DNA from: Spizellomyces punctatus DAOM BR117
Taxonomy: Eukaryota
Length of the DNA: 64,000 bases
Direction: 5' to 3' (one strand)
Assembly (NCBI GenBank): GCA_000182565.2
Contig: KQ257451.1
The position numbers and the translations under genes were made by a program. Positions 23,901-36,103 of this stretch are shown piece by piece. How positions within the stretch are numbered: the stretch's first letter is position 1; every line of letters begins with the position of its first letter. Below the pieces are notes generated by a model, which saw only the letters and a list, made by a program, of their open reading frames with translations, made no database searches and had not been told where the DNA came from.

Positions 23901-25716
23901 GCGCTTATTTTGCTGTAGACGGACAGACCTAAGGCGTATCTTTGTGGCACAGGATTGCGCTGATCCTGGATGGTTCAAAACTCACAGTTAAAGAACTGGG
24001 TGTGGATGAGACCAGCATCGACATCGCCAGTGAGACGGCGGAGGTGGCGATGTACGATTTGATGGTGCGGGTAGATATGAGACATTGTTAGTCAGTGGTA
24101 TTGCGCTGATTGATGGGCATGTAGGCGACGGTGGTGGAAATTCGAGAAGGAAAAGAAGTGCCACATTTGGTGGCCCATGTGCGAGGTAATGCACCATTGA
24201 CAGTTTCGGGAAACATTGGCTAATCTCGTTGCTTCCATAGTTGATGATGGAGAAAGCGTCCCAAGTTGGTATGTCTTCAACGATTTTCTGGTCCAACCTG
24301 TGCCCGAAATTGAGGCACGACAGTTCAGAAAACGGAAGGTATCACTGAAGTTGGTTATATGAAATGTATTTTATACTTCTTATAATGCGTATTGGTCTTT
24401 TAGATTCCATCTGTCATACAGTACAGACGAACAGATCTTAAGCAAGTGCAGGACCTCAACTCGTTACGGACCAGTCCTGATCCGACGTACCTACGCACCA
24501 TGGTGCTTCTCAAGTATGTCAAAGACTATCTATTGATTGGTTAGGATACGCTTGTGCTGAACACATTTTTATGGAAAGCCGTCGACGAGAAAAAGATCTA
24601 AAGATCAGCTATAAACTGTTAAAGCCGGAGGAACTTCCAACTAAGCCCGGATTCCTCTGTGCTTTAGACGCCGAGTTCGTAGCCTTGAGCAAGGTAGGAA
24701 GCCGCGCCATATGAGTTGTGTTTGAGCAGCCAGCGCTGAACCACTAGCAGGATGAAACGGAGATCCGGAGTGATGGCACACGATCGGTGATCCGCCCGTC
24801 ACGACTAAGTTTGGCACGTGTTAGTGTCCTCCGTGGCGATGGACCGGAAGAAGGCATTCCTTTCATCGATGAGTACATATCGACAACAGAAGACGTAGTG
24901 GATTACTTGACCGAGTTTTCTGGCATCAAAGGTATGGTCTCCAGCAACTCGCGGCAAAAGTAAGCCGCTAAGCAGTTATGCAGCTGGCGATCTGGATATC
25001 GCCCATTCAAGGCACCCGTTGGTTTCTTTGAAGGTATGCCCCAGTGTTGCATTTGGTATGCGGTTGCAGTGTGGTAGTGAACCTTGTCGCAATCCCGTTA
25101 GTCGTCATATAAGAAGCTGCGGTTATTGGTCGACCTGGGATGTGTTTTTGTGGGCCATGGCTTGAAGAAAGATTTCCGGATCATCAGTATGTGCCACTCC
25201 ATCACCTTGCTGCCATTCGTTCGTCTTCGAGGCTGATACAGCTCTTGTCACGTAGATATATTGGTCCCGCCGGAACAGGTTATTGACACAGTTGATATTT
25301 TCTTCATACAGAGTCGGCAAAGGTGAGACCACCTGTCTGATTTACTATTCCTATGGACGCCTGTTTTCTCACCCGACCTCAGGAAACTCTCCCTGCGCTT
25401 CTTGGCGTGGTACGTGTTACGGCAAGATATTCAGACAGATATGCACGACAGTGTGGAAGACTCGCGAACGGTATGCTTTTTTTGAATGGAGCTGCGGTTG
25501 TATCTCTTCATTTACTTCGCTATACCTTAGGCGCTTGCATTGTACAAAAGATATCTGCAGCTGAAGCGAGAAGGACGTTTTGAGCAATATTTGGAAGAAG
25601 TGTACGAAGAAGGTCGGCGAACAAATTTCAAGCCGCCGTCGAAACCCATGGCCCCTTACGAAGGACAGACGTTTACGGTTGCTGGGGTGAATATAACTGA
25701 GCTCCCACCTCAATAG
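20903..25716 (+). CDS. PAN2: PAN2 poly(A) nuclease (WD40 + inactive USP + DEDD exonuclease)
   Basis: [66 protein letters not shown]; many introns. Confidence 0.95.
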
Positions 25717-25814
25717 AATTTTGTGTAGTTTGTTTATATATGAACTCTATCTATTGCCAATACCCGCGATCAAAACGCGGACGCATTCTTTGTCGCACTT
25801 GACTCGAGATCATA

Positions 25815-27443
25815 ATGCCAACCTCCCAGAACCTCGATCCACAAAGCGCACACGATGTACTCTTTCGCCAAGCATGTGCATTGCATGCTCGCTCACAGAG
25901 TCTACTTGCGGATATTGATGAGATAATTTCCCAAGCGGACACCGTCGGAGCAACCGCGAGATCTACGCTCGCAGGAGGACTACACAAACTCAGGTCAGTT
26001 ACCAGAGCTGAGAACAAATTCCTTGAAAAGGTATGATTACCAGATAGTCCTTTTTCCATCTCAAACTCTTGAATAGGTTGCTCACTGGCTTCCTCCTAGC
26101 TAGTCTCCACCCCAACTTCCATTCGACCTGCACACACATCCTGTTCCAACATCCCTTACCTCAGTGCCGTCTTTCGCCTTGTTCGAACTGAACCAGGTGT
26201 GACCCACGTCTTTCATACCTTTAATTATGCGCACGAACCAGGTGGGCCCCGCCGGGAGTCGATAAGAGTAGATATAGTGGCACAGAAAGGACAACAATGG
26301 ATCAAAGTAAAAGCGTCCGCGTTAAAAGGATTCCAGAATGACCTTTGCGACGAGGAGGAAGAAGAAAGTGAAGAAGAGGAAAACTCTACGCCAAGCTCGA
26401 ATGATGATTCGAACAAGACACTTCAGGCGAATGGAAGGACCGTACTTGATGGATTTTCTCCTCCGACTTTACCTATTTATCAACAAGCAAAAAGACTGCT
26501 AATGGCAGCGGAGCAGAACTCTCTCCATTATCAGACGCCGACAGTGGTCATGAAGTTTGTAGGAAAGGAGGAGGTGGACATGCGTGTACAGGATACTCTG
26601 CGCTCAATGGGCATTCTGGTGGAGATACATGGAGATAATGCAAACATCGACCCAAAAGAGCTTGGAAAGACCTACAACGATTCGCAGATCCGCAATGGGC
26701 CACCGGATCCTTCGTCCACAAATAGGGGACCTCCCTCATTTAACAACGAAGCCTCCGTCAGTAGATTACAAACAGATGCCACTCTTCATCCAGGAATCGC
26801 TGACACATTGAATCTCGATGTGACAACCCTCATCGCTCTCGTCACTGACATAACACATCGATTGGACACCATCCCTGTGGCTGCATTCGATATCCCGTCG
26901 CTCCAGCTCCAGGCTTCTCAAGAGACTCGACGACCCCTCTTACCCACTCTGCGCGATATGTTCCACACACGCTACCTTGTAACGACCTCCACTGCACTCC
27001 GCAAATTTGTCGACATTCTCAAGGTTCTAGGTGGCCCAACGGAGCAGCTTCGAGCGAAGAATCTAATAATACCTGGAGAATTAGCAACGGACGTCATGGC
27101 GGAGTTGGAGGATTATGGATCAAATACGGCAGCAGAAGACGACGCATCTGATGTACGCGTTCACGTCATCGAAGACAGTGCCTCAGAGAGATTTGTTCAT
27201 CTTGTTGGTGCTCGCGGAACTACTGGGAAAATTCAGAAGCATCATGTAGCGGTTTTTGGAACTGGTGATCGCTTGAGGGCAACCACCGTCACAGCGAATG
27301 CGTGGGTAGAACGGACGCTATTGGACGCGGGTCTTGGAGAACTAAGTCTATGGATACACGAGCCACGATCCCTCGTAGAACTTAGGGTGAAAAAGTATAG
27401 GGAAACAGAATGTGGTGAAGCTACGGAACCTACTGCTACATAA
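25815..27443 (+). CDS. UPF0415/C7orf25-like protein (DUF1308 family)
   Basis: SNIPYL, VDIVAQKGQQWIKVKA, LNLDVTTLIALVTD, VFGTGD..TVTAN, HEPRSL. One intron after 26030. Confidence 0.85.
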
Positions 27444-27522
27444 ACTATTTGTGATATATCTACAGTCTAGGTTTTGTATAAATAGTGATTGGCTGTTTGC
27501 CGCTTGTTGAGCTCATGCAGGA

Positions 27523-28311
27523 TCATATGTCTGAGATTCTCGGTTTCGCTACCATCCACAGAGTTGTACCAAAATGAAAGGTCTTCATCTCCACAATTTC
27601 CAGCCCCGCCTTCTTCACTAAACCTTCAATATCTCTATTCCACCAACAGCCCCACTTGACGGCATGTTCAGTCGCCGTCTTATCCAGCGCGTCATTGAGA
27701 AAACCGTATCGTCCTCTTCCATGCTCTAACAATAACACTCTCCCATCCGGCTTACAGCATCTCGCCATCTCACGCAGGGCTGCAACGGGGTCTGAACAAG
27801 AACACAGCCCAAATGTATCAATCACCGTATCATATTGACGGTCGTTTACAGGCAAAGCCTGAACATTCATCATTTCAAACGACGTTGGGGGAAAGCTGTG
27901 TTTGGCGCTTGTCATAGATCGGTACCGAGTATATGCCTTATGAAGCATTGGCTCCGAGGTATCCGTTAACGTCAAACGTTTTATCGCCGGGTTTTGGGTG
28001 TAGTATTCCAAATTTCGTCCTGTCCCTGTCGACACCTCCAGCACGGAGCCGGAAGCCCGCTCAACCAGCTCCTTTCGGCGGGATCCAACCCTCATCAACC
28101 ACTCATCCCATCCGATTTTACCGTCATATTCGGGAGCTAGGGCATCAAATACGCCAGGATATGCGTCTTGTTGTGAGGGATCCGCGATGCCTGGCGCTGG
28201 CGGTGGAGCGGAATAGATCCTGTAAGCGTGGTAAGACGCATATGAAGTTGTTGCGTATACCCCCAACCCAGTTGTGAGGAGCATAAAGTGCCGAGGAGTG
28301 AATGGTGGCAT
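27523..28311 (-). CDS. OMS1: OMS1-like mitochondrial SAM-dependent methyltransferase
   Basis: VLEVSTGTGRN, DTVIDTFGLCS, LLLEHG, WGCWWNRDI; N-terminal TM segment. Start may be at 28311 or 28410. Confidence 0.85.
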   Translation of the reverse strand: MPPFTPRHFMLLTTGLGVYATTSYASYHAYRIYSAPPPAPGIADPSQQDAYPGVFDALAPEYDGKIGWDEWLMRVGSRRKELVERASGSVLEVSTGTGRNLEYYTQNPAIKRLTLTDTSEPMLHKAYTRYRSMTSAKHSFPPTSFEMMNVQALPVNDRQYDTVIDTFGLCSCSDPVAALREMARCCKPDGRVLLLEHGRGRYGFLNDALDKTATEHAVKWGCWWNRDIEGLVKKAGLEIVEMKTFHFGTTLWMVAKPRISDI

Positions 28312-28439
28312 GGTGCAGAATTCCTCTACGATCAGGAGGAGCTCCCAAAGATCTGCGTCGTTCAGCAATGCGTAGTCACGTGCTAGATCACCCTGCGCTG
28401 TTTCCTCCATCGGCTTTCACCGAAACATCTTCCTTCGCC

Positions 28440-28787
28440 ATGGCATCTCCCCCCGTTATTTCGTCACCTGCGGGTGATCCCTCTCTTCTCGAGGAAAAGC
28501 GATGTCGCGATCAGGCTGTTCTTGTGGGCGCATCGGCCTCGTTATTCGTAAGTATACAGGCTGTGTACTTTGAGTAACCTTGCCAAACCTACCTACACTA
28601 CTACTTTCCGCGCAAGGCGTTTGTATTTACTGTATTCAGGCGTAGACCTGGCGCTGGTTCAGCGCTGGCGCGATCGCCAAATGGGATGGCCTTGATTGCA
28701 GGTGTGACTTCCGCTGGGGGATACGGCGTATATCGATTATCGTATGCGCGATGCAAGGAGAGAGCTGTTCAGAAAAGCACACCCTGA
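28440..28787 (+). CDS. Small 92-aa two-TM protein (TMEM141/Cox20-like), two exons
   Basis: Exon 28440-28547 (GTAAGT donor) joins exon 28617-28787 in frame, giving C-x-hydrophobic helix-RRRP-hydrophobic helix-GYGVYRLSYARC. Confidence 0.7.
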
Positions 28788-29424
28788 TAGTGCAGATTAC
28801 AGTCCCACTATATTGCCCGTTTTCTAGCTGTTGGGCCTGTAAGGGAAGCTGCCAGCCGGATCATTACCAGTGATGTTTTCACGAAAAGAGTCACTTGAGT
28901 GAGTAGGCGGTCTCGGACGACAGATCTACGACCAGTTTAATTAGAGAAGAGCGTTGGTCTAGTGGGAATGGGGGGGAGACTTAGCATATGTAGAATTGAC
29001 TCTGCGGTTCCATTCGCCGACATAATAAAGTAATCCTCAGCTACAGATTCTCTTGTATTCACCTGGCGAGGAGTCTGTCCACGACAACAAGCTTACGGAA
29101 AGGGCAGGCAGCATATGGAAAATGGAAACATTTCCTAGAAGAGGAGGTCAAGGAGGAATGGAGTAGCGCGCTGAAAACGAAGTGCCGAATGGCGAATGGC
29201 ACTCACAGGGGGAACCAAGTCAACGCCCCAAATCAGGTGTCGGCAAATGCCAGCTGGCAGTTCCATCCGGCGCAATGAATTCTATACAACAAAAGTGAAG
29301 AGATACGTCCATTTATGAAGAGATACAGCCTCATCATGATATACACACAGAAAAATAAACTTAAATACAAATGACATATCCATCAACGTTATCCCAGCAT
29401 TGATACTTCGCACCAACCAAGTCA

Positions 29425-29905
29425 NNNNNNNNNNNNNNNNNNNNNNNNNNNNNNNNNNNNNNNNNNNNNNNNNNNNNNNNNNNNNNNNNNNNNNNNNNNN
29501 NNNNNNNNNNNNNNNNNNNNNNNNNNNNNNNNNNNNNNNNNNNNNNNNNNNNNNNNNNNNNNNNNNNNNNNNNNNNNNNNNNNNNNNNNNNNNNNNNNNN
29601 NNNNNNNNNNNNNNNNNNNNNNNNNNNNNNNNNNNNNNNNNNNNNNNNNNNNNNNNNNNNNNNNNNNNNNNNNNNNNNNNNNNNNNNNNNNNNNNNNNNN
29701 NNNNNNNNNNNNNNNNNNNNNNNNNNNNNNNNNNNNNNNNNNNNNNNNNNNNNNNNNNNNNNNNNNNNNNNNNNNNNNNNNNNNNNNNNNNNNNNNNNNN
29801 NNNNNNNNNNNNNNNNNNNNNNNNNNNNNNNNNNNNNNNNNNNNNNNNNNNNNNNNNNNNNNNNNNNNNNNNNNNNNNNNNNNNNNNNNNNNNNNNNNNN
29901 NNNNN
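29425..29905. other. Assembly gap (N run)
   Basis: Run of n. Confidence 1.
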
Positions 29906-29923
29906 ACCTACTACACTCCTTAG

Positions 29924-32900
29924 TTACATCTTATAGTAGTGCCTACTAGCTTTACTAGTTATGATTGGTACAAGTATCGCAGAACCAATGAATTGATGTA
30001 GAAATCTTCCAGTATAGACTATAAATATACTCTTGTATCTCATCTGCGTATGCTGAGGATGCTCCTTGACATGTCGTAAGAAGTGACGGATTTTCTTGAT
30101 TATCGGCTTCTTCAACGCGAAAGGTGTAGGCGTTGGGCTAATTGAAACTGATCCCAGTGACGCTCCCGATGACATTCTCGACGATACGGTAGGGGAAGAT
30201 GGATATGGAGATCCGGACGTGCTTGAAAAGGTAGTGGATGACGAAGTAGCGAATGCTTCCAGTTGGGACAAATACGTATTTGCCGTATCAAAATTGTTGT
30301 AATATTGTGAATACATCTTCAGGAATGGTGCAATGGCCAAGAAGACAGACCCGATGGGCTGCGATTGTTGATTGCTCTTTTTTATCAAGTCCGGTAAGAG
30401 ATGGCTATTGCACAGAATAAATCGAACGGAGGATCGTCAGTGACAACGCAAGATTCATCTCGCGCGATAATACAGGTGACTTACTCCCGATGGATCATCA
30501 GAATGCTTTTTACGTTGCCGAAGAGCGCATCCATGTCCCTTTGACTCAGCCATTGTTCTTTTTGCATCCTATTCATATACAACTCCACAAGATTTTGTAA
30601 CTCTCGAACATAGGTCTTCTCCGTCGCCACCATTTCACCAATAACTCGGGCTCTTCTCTCCAGGGACGTCGTGGATGGGGGTTTCACAGAAGGCACCTGC
30701 TCGTCAGCCAATGAAGAGAACGACGAGGTATATGGTTGAGTCTCTTGAACTTGATGGTGAGCTGAGTTGGGATCAAGGTCATGGACGTCCCGGAGAAAGG
30801 AAAGCAGCCGCTGAAGTGCCTTCTCCGAGTGACCCTCGCATCGTAGCCGTATCGGTCGTGCAAACTCCTCAATCAAGCTATACGAAAGCTCAGTACTTAG
30901 TCGGGAACCGAAACGGGCCGGGGGAAGGTACTCAGAATACCCTGATGATATGGCTGCAAAAAATCGGTTAGCGCCATGGGGCCAACATGTGTTAACACAG
31001 ACTCAGCAAACGTATGATGGTAATACTTACAGCTGTCTGTAACGCTCCTGATCAGTGGATACGCTTCAGGCGATGCGCTAAGGTCGCCAGTTCGTTTCGC
31101 CCATCCGACTCCGCTATCCGCACTTGGAAGCCTCTTCCTGGTATCAGCATCATCGCCTTCGCGATCCCCCTCTTCGCCTAATTGGCTGGTACTTTTATTT
31201 GATAATAGACTTCCATAGCTTAGACGGTCCCCCTTTTCAGCGTTCATTGCATAAATTCTTCGTAGCATTCTTTCAGCTTCCGCGGCTCGATCAGATGTAT
31301 TTGCCTCCATGACAGCTTTCGCTGCATCAACATCGACATTCAGCAAAGTTTGGACGATACCCCTGGCGAAAGTTGGCTCCAGGGGATTGTCCATCAGAAA
31401 TAGGCCTTTCAAAGTCCTATGCAGAAGTCCTAGAGACGGCGGTAAGAATCGGAGGTGATTATGTGACAAATCGACACATTCCAGAGACTCGGTATGCTTG
31501 AATAGCGAAAAGGGTAGATTTGTGATTCGATTTCTGCTCAAGTCCAAAACCTCCAACTTTCTCAACTTTCCTATGCCATGGCCTACATCGAAAATCGCAT
31601 TCTCTGCTAGGTAGAGCTCTCGAAGTTGACATAGATTCGCTATGTCGTTTGGAATCCGTTCAAGTTGGTTTCCTGTTAGATTCAAGACCAGTAGTTTCGG
31701 CATCTCATTGAAAATAATTGTGGGAAACTCGATCAAGCGGTTTCGATCGAGATAGAGATGCGTCAGATTTGCAAGATTGACTTGGACGGTAGAGGGAAAT
31801 CCAGCCAACTCTTTCCTCGACAGGTCAAGGAAATATGACGTGATATCAAATTCACCTGCAAGAATGGGCAATCGAAGGAACCCAAACTCGCCATCTGTCA
31901 TACTGTCCGTATCCAGATCCGCAAGGATGGTTGGCAGAACGTCCCCGTGCGCTAACCGAATAGTGTCGGCAGATATTCTGGTTCTTAACGGTGGCTTTGC
32001 GTCATCCCCTTCCGGGGGAGGCGCGGAAGTTGATCGCGGAAGGGGCACAAAGGGAGGACGCATTGGTGGATATCGCAGGGGATGGGGACCATTTGGGTAT
32101 CGTTTGAGTAGTAACATGTCGGGTCCGGGTTGAGAATGTCGAGCAGCAGTTCCTCGAATAGGCTTTGGGCTTAAGGGTTGCGAGAAGTAGTCTTCCTCGT
32201 CTGGAGATTGTGAATTTCCAGCCGGAGACTGGACAACATTGATTGCGCTATACTCGCCGCCAGTCACCTCATTTTGAGGCGCTTCAGATGACAAATAAGA
32301 ACTCAACAATGGATTATGAACTGAAGCAGGTACTTCTGGTAGCACCCAACTTGCTCGTCCATTCTGCATCCCAGTACTAGAGGGCACTCGTGTCAAGCCG
32401 GATCCGCCAAGTTTTGGCGACGAACGCTGGTTCTCCTCAAGAACCTGAGATAGCCCGCTGTTATTGCTGGTATCAGACCACCGATTGAGTTGCCTTCAAG
32501 TATGAGGCATTGCCGTCAGACGAGATGTACTTGGCACGGGTATGAACTTTACCTATCACTTACCGCTTTAAATCATGAATGGTTTGATCCTTCTCCACGA
32601 TCGTTGCACCTATCTCAGCCAAGCGCCTTCTTGCGTCTTCCACTTCCTTCTGTAATCCATCGCGGGCAGCGGACAAATCATCGTAGCGGGTACCCATCGT
32701 CGCCAATTCAGTGCGCAATACATTTAACTGCTGCATGTACATCGACCCATCGTTTATCGTCATCGATGTCATACCCTGTTCGGATTGTGGTGACGAATCC
32801 TCTCTGTTTCCGGTACCGGCTTGTTTTGCCACGAGACTTCACAAAATGTCATTGAGAATGCACAATATAGAGAGCGTTCTGTATACACCAATCACCAACC

Positions 32901-34789
32901 TTTCCAGCTCCAAAATACGGTCTTCTAGTTTTACAATCTTTACGGCTCGCTCTTCGCTGATTTGATTGGGTGAAATAGTATCCTCATTGGTCTGTGAATC
33001 CTCCAGCTGCCGCCGAAGTTGTTCCACTTGCTCTGTTTTCAGCGCCATTTCTTCACGCGCGGTTTGTAGTAACCTTTCCAGCTCCAAAATACGTTCTTCT
33101 AGTTTTACAATCTTTACGGCTCTTTCTTCGCTGATTTGATTGAGTGAAATAGTATCCTCATTGGTCTGTGAATCTTCCAGTTGCCGCCGAAGTTGTTCCA
33201 CTTCCTCGGTTTTCAGCGCCGTTTCTTCACGCGCGATTTGTAGTTCCCTTTCCCATTGCTGACGATGAAGTTGTGTTTGCTCCTCAATCTGTTCGATATG
33301 ATGCAAGAACTCGTCCTTTTGCTTTGCTAGAGTGCTACACATAAAATAGCACAATTAGTAAAATAATCACTCTTGCCAGCTTCAATCTCCTGCCATACTT
33401 TTCTAATCTACTAATTTCAGTATCTTTTTGCTCTGCAAGATCTACCGTCCTGGCCGATTCCACCTCCATGCTGGATTTCAATGCCTTCTGCAGCTCCTCA
33501 ACTTGTTGTTCCAATTGCTGGGCTCGTCGGCTGGCCTCTCTTTCCCGACTCTCTACTCGTTTTAATTCCCGTGCGAGTTCCTGTCGATTTCGTTCCTGTC
33601 CGTCTCGTTGGGCGAGTGCACTAACTAGCTCTCCGCGTAGGGTATCAAGCTCCTGCTTTGCAGCATCAAAGCGTTGCGTAGTGTCGCGAAGATTCCGGCT
33701 TAGTGTCTCGAACTCCTCAAACTGCAATGTTGTCTTGCTTGCGTTTCCTGCCATATCCTGAAGTTGCTTCATCAGCTCGTCTCTCACTGACGCTAAAACC
33801 TCCCGTTGAAGGACAGCCTCCGCCAATTCTCCCTCTTGCAACTCGGCATCATGCTTGGTTTTCTCGAGAAGTGCCTCCAGCTGTGCAACACGTTGTCGAA
33901 GAGTTTCGTTGTCATGGCTTATCTCAGTAAGATGATCCTCAATCTTGCCATTTCCTACAGGTGTCGTTGTTATCGGCGACTGTGATGGTGGTTTCCGTAT
34001 CCTTGTTGCCGGTTTCGCAGGAGAGCTTTGACCGGATTCTTGAGGACCAGCAAATATGGCCGCAATTGCCTGAACACGGCCGCGTCCGCTAGGCCGAGTG
34101 GGAGATGTGGATGGAGATATCCTGCGGCCGGGAGGAGGAGTGGACGATGTTACTCTTGTGGATGACGTTTTTGCTCCCGCTTTTCGTCCTATACTAGAAG
34201 CTGGAGCTGCTTTAGATGGGCCTCCATCTACGGAAGCTTTGGAGGCCTCGCTGTCCGCTCGACTTCGGGCTTCTGCCCTCTTATTTACTCCGACACTCGT
34301 CCCGCCATTGGTCGCTTTTTTCTCCTTTGTAGAATTTGGGTTCGGTGTCGAAGGACGTCTCTCCCTCGCACTTGGCGGAGGCGGACTTTTGGTAACCAGA
34401 CCATCACCATTCATAGGTGTCGGCCGCCGAACTGTTCCTCCCGCATCGTTCCCCCGTCTCTTGCCATGCTTTGGCGTACCATGCCTTGATAAATACTCTT
34501 CTACCTCGCGCTGCTTTCGTGGTGACCTACATAGCTCGCTTAAGAACGCATAGTGTCCAGCACAAATCCGCTCTTCGTCTTTGACACCCTTAAGTTCGGC
34601 AAAAATGCGATCTAGCTGACGAGCTTCCGCTTTATCCTTCAACGCTCTCCAGACCCGCCCTTTCGGAACCCCAAGCGCCTGACAAGGTTTGGCACTAAAC
34701 TCCTTAAATGGGGTTGCCGTCACATCTATCCCTTTAAAGGGACAGACAAAGCTAACATTGCTTATTTCGCCAACTGTAGAACACATCAT
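29924..34789 (-). CDS. Large coiled-coil + leucine-rich-repeat + RhoGEF (DH) protein; 3' end in or near the gap, 5' end uncertain
   Basis: LRRs (LxxLxLxxNxL) in 30897..32396. DH motifs EMVATEKTYVRELQNL, ALFGNV, PFLKMYSQY. The coiled-coil exon 32560..32832 splices in frame (CG|G) into the LRR exon. Confidence 0.8.
32897..33245 (-). repeat. Tandem 174-bp (58 aa) internal duplication
   Basis: LQxAREExALKTExVEQLRRQLEDSQTNEDTISxNQISEERAVKIVKLExRILELERL occurs twice with few substitutions. Confidence 0.93.
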
Positions 34790-35084
34790 CAGGGTAATGT
34801 CTCATAGTCACAAATGACCTCATTCAATCCTACCCATTCAGGATCTGCTTCCACCTGCACATTTGGAACGTATGGGTGGTAGAAGGGATCTTCGTGGTAG
34901 CAAGGCGAAAAAGCCAATGCAGAGTGCACTATCCAGCGGCGTCGTGTTCAATGCCAAAAGATACGCTTTGAAGGACTGTCTCAGTCAGATGCTGTGCCAT
35001 TGAATGGAGGCACAGCTGACACAGTCATGTAAAAGTTGCAAACAAAAACCGTTGGGAATCTGCGACCCAAAACTTTTTGCACTC

Positions 35085-35713
35085 ATGGCCCCCACAACAA
35101 CACGAACGTCAAAGCAAAAGAAGCAAGCGCACTCGCTTATCTTCTGTCCGGACTGTGGGTCTCTTTTAGATCCTCCGTCCGGCGCTGAAGACAATGTGGC
35201 ATGCGGCATTTGCGGGGGAGTGGTGGTCTCAGAAGGTAGGAGAATATATGTGCGGGTCAAGGTCCAACTATCATTCTGATCTCTTTGCGACAATCAGCAT
35301 TCGAATCTGTGGAAGTTGTGACCAAAAGTAGACCTGGAGCTTTCCCAGACCGTCCTCAAATTGAAACGACCGAGGATACAGAGACAACCGAAGGAGGACG
35401 AACAAGTCAACATCTCAGGGATGGTGCAACGGTGGGTTTCGCTTCACGGTTTTCAGCAGATTGATAGATTGAAGGCCAATTTATCTAACTCGCTTTTTCT
35501 GTTTCTTCCTCTAGATCAAAGAAAAGTGTCCAAAGTGCGACGCCCCGGAAATGGTCTTCCACACTGCTCAGTTGCGATCTGCTGATGAAGGTCAAACCGT
35601 ATTTTACAGTTGTGTCAAGTGCGGGTAAGTAATCATGTTTTGGCAGTGACCGCTAGTCAAGGGAGTACTTAGAGAGTGTCCGCTGCAGATACAAATACAG
35701 CATCAACTCATAG
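35085..35713 (+). CDS. RPA12: RNA polymerase I subunit RPA12
   Basis: LIFCPDCGSLLD..CGICG and EKCPKC..QLRSADEGQTVFYSCVKCG; four exons. Confidence 0.93.
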
Positions 35714-36103
35714 TCAAGATTCTACCATAATTACTCACCGAACCGATGTTCCGTACCTTACGATGCGAGAGGACGACAGCCCTGCGATCAGCAAGCAGGA
35801 GCCGAAATCGCTAAAACTCATCCCCCACCCACCCACGTACCGATTTATTCGGTCTGTATCATAGGCAACAACATATGCATTTCTCTATACTCTGCAAATA
35901 TAAAATTCTATTTAGAGAAGTCGAGGATGAGGGTCAGCCATGAATTTTAAGCCATTATCGATACCCTATCTGTGCAAACCAGCGTTTCTAAGTATGATCC
36001 CAAGCGGCGCGAGGATTTCCTATATATATGTATCCCCGTAATGATCCATCCACGATCAAGGACACCACCATCTAAGTTGCCAGAGCCACCATGCATGATC
36101 TGT

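Noticed and set aside
29400-29936. Poly-X ORFs here and at 57264..58352
   Set aside because: Artefacts of N gaps.
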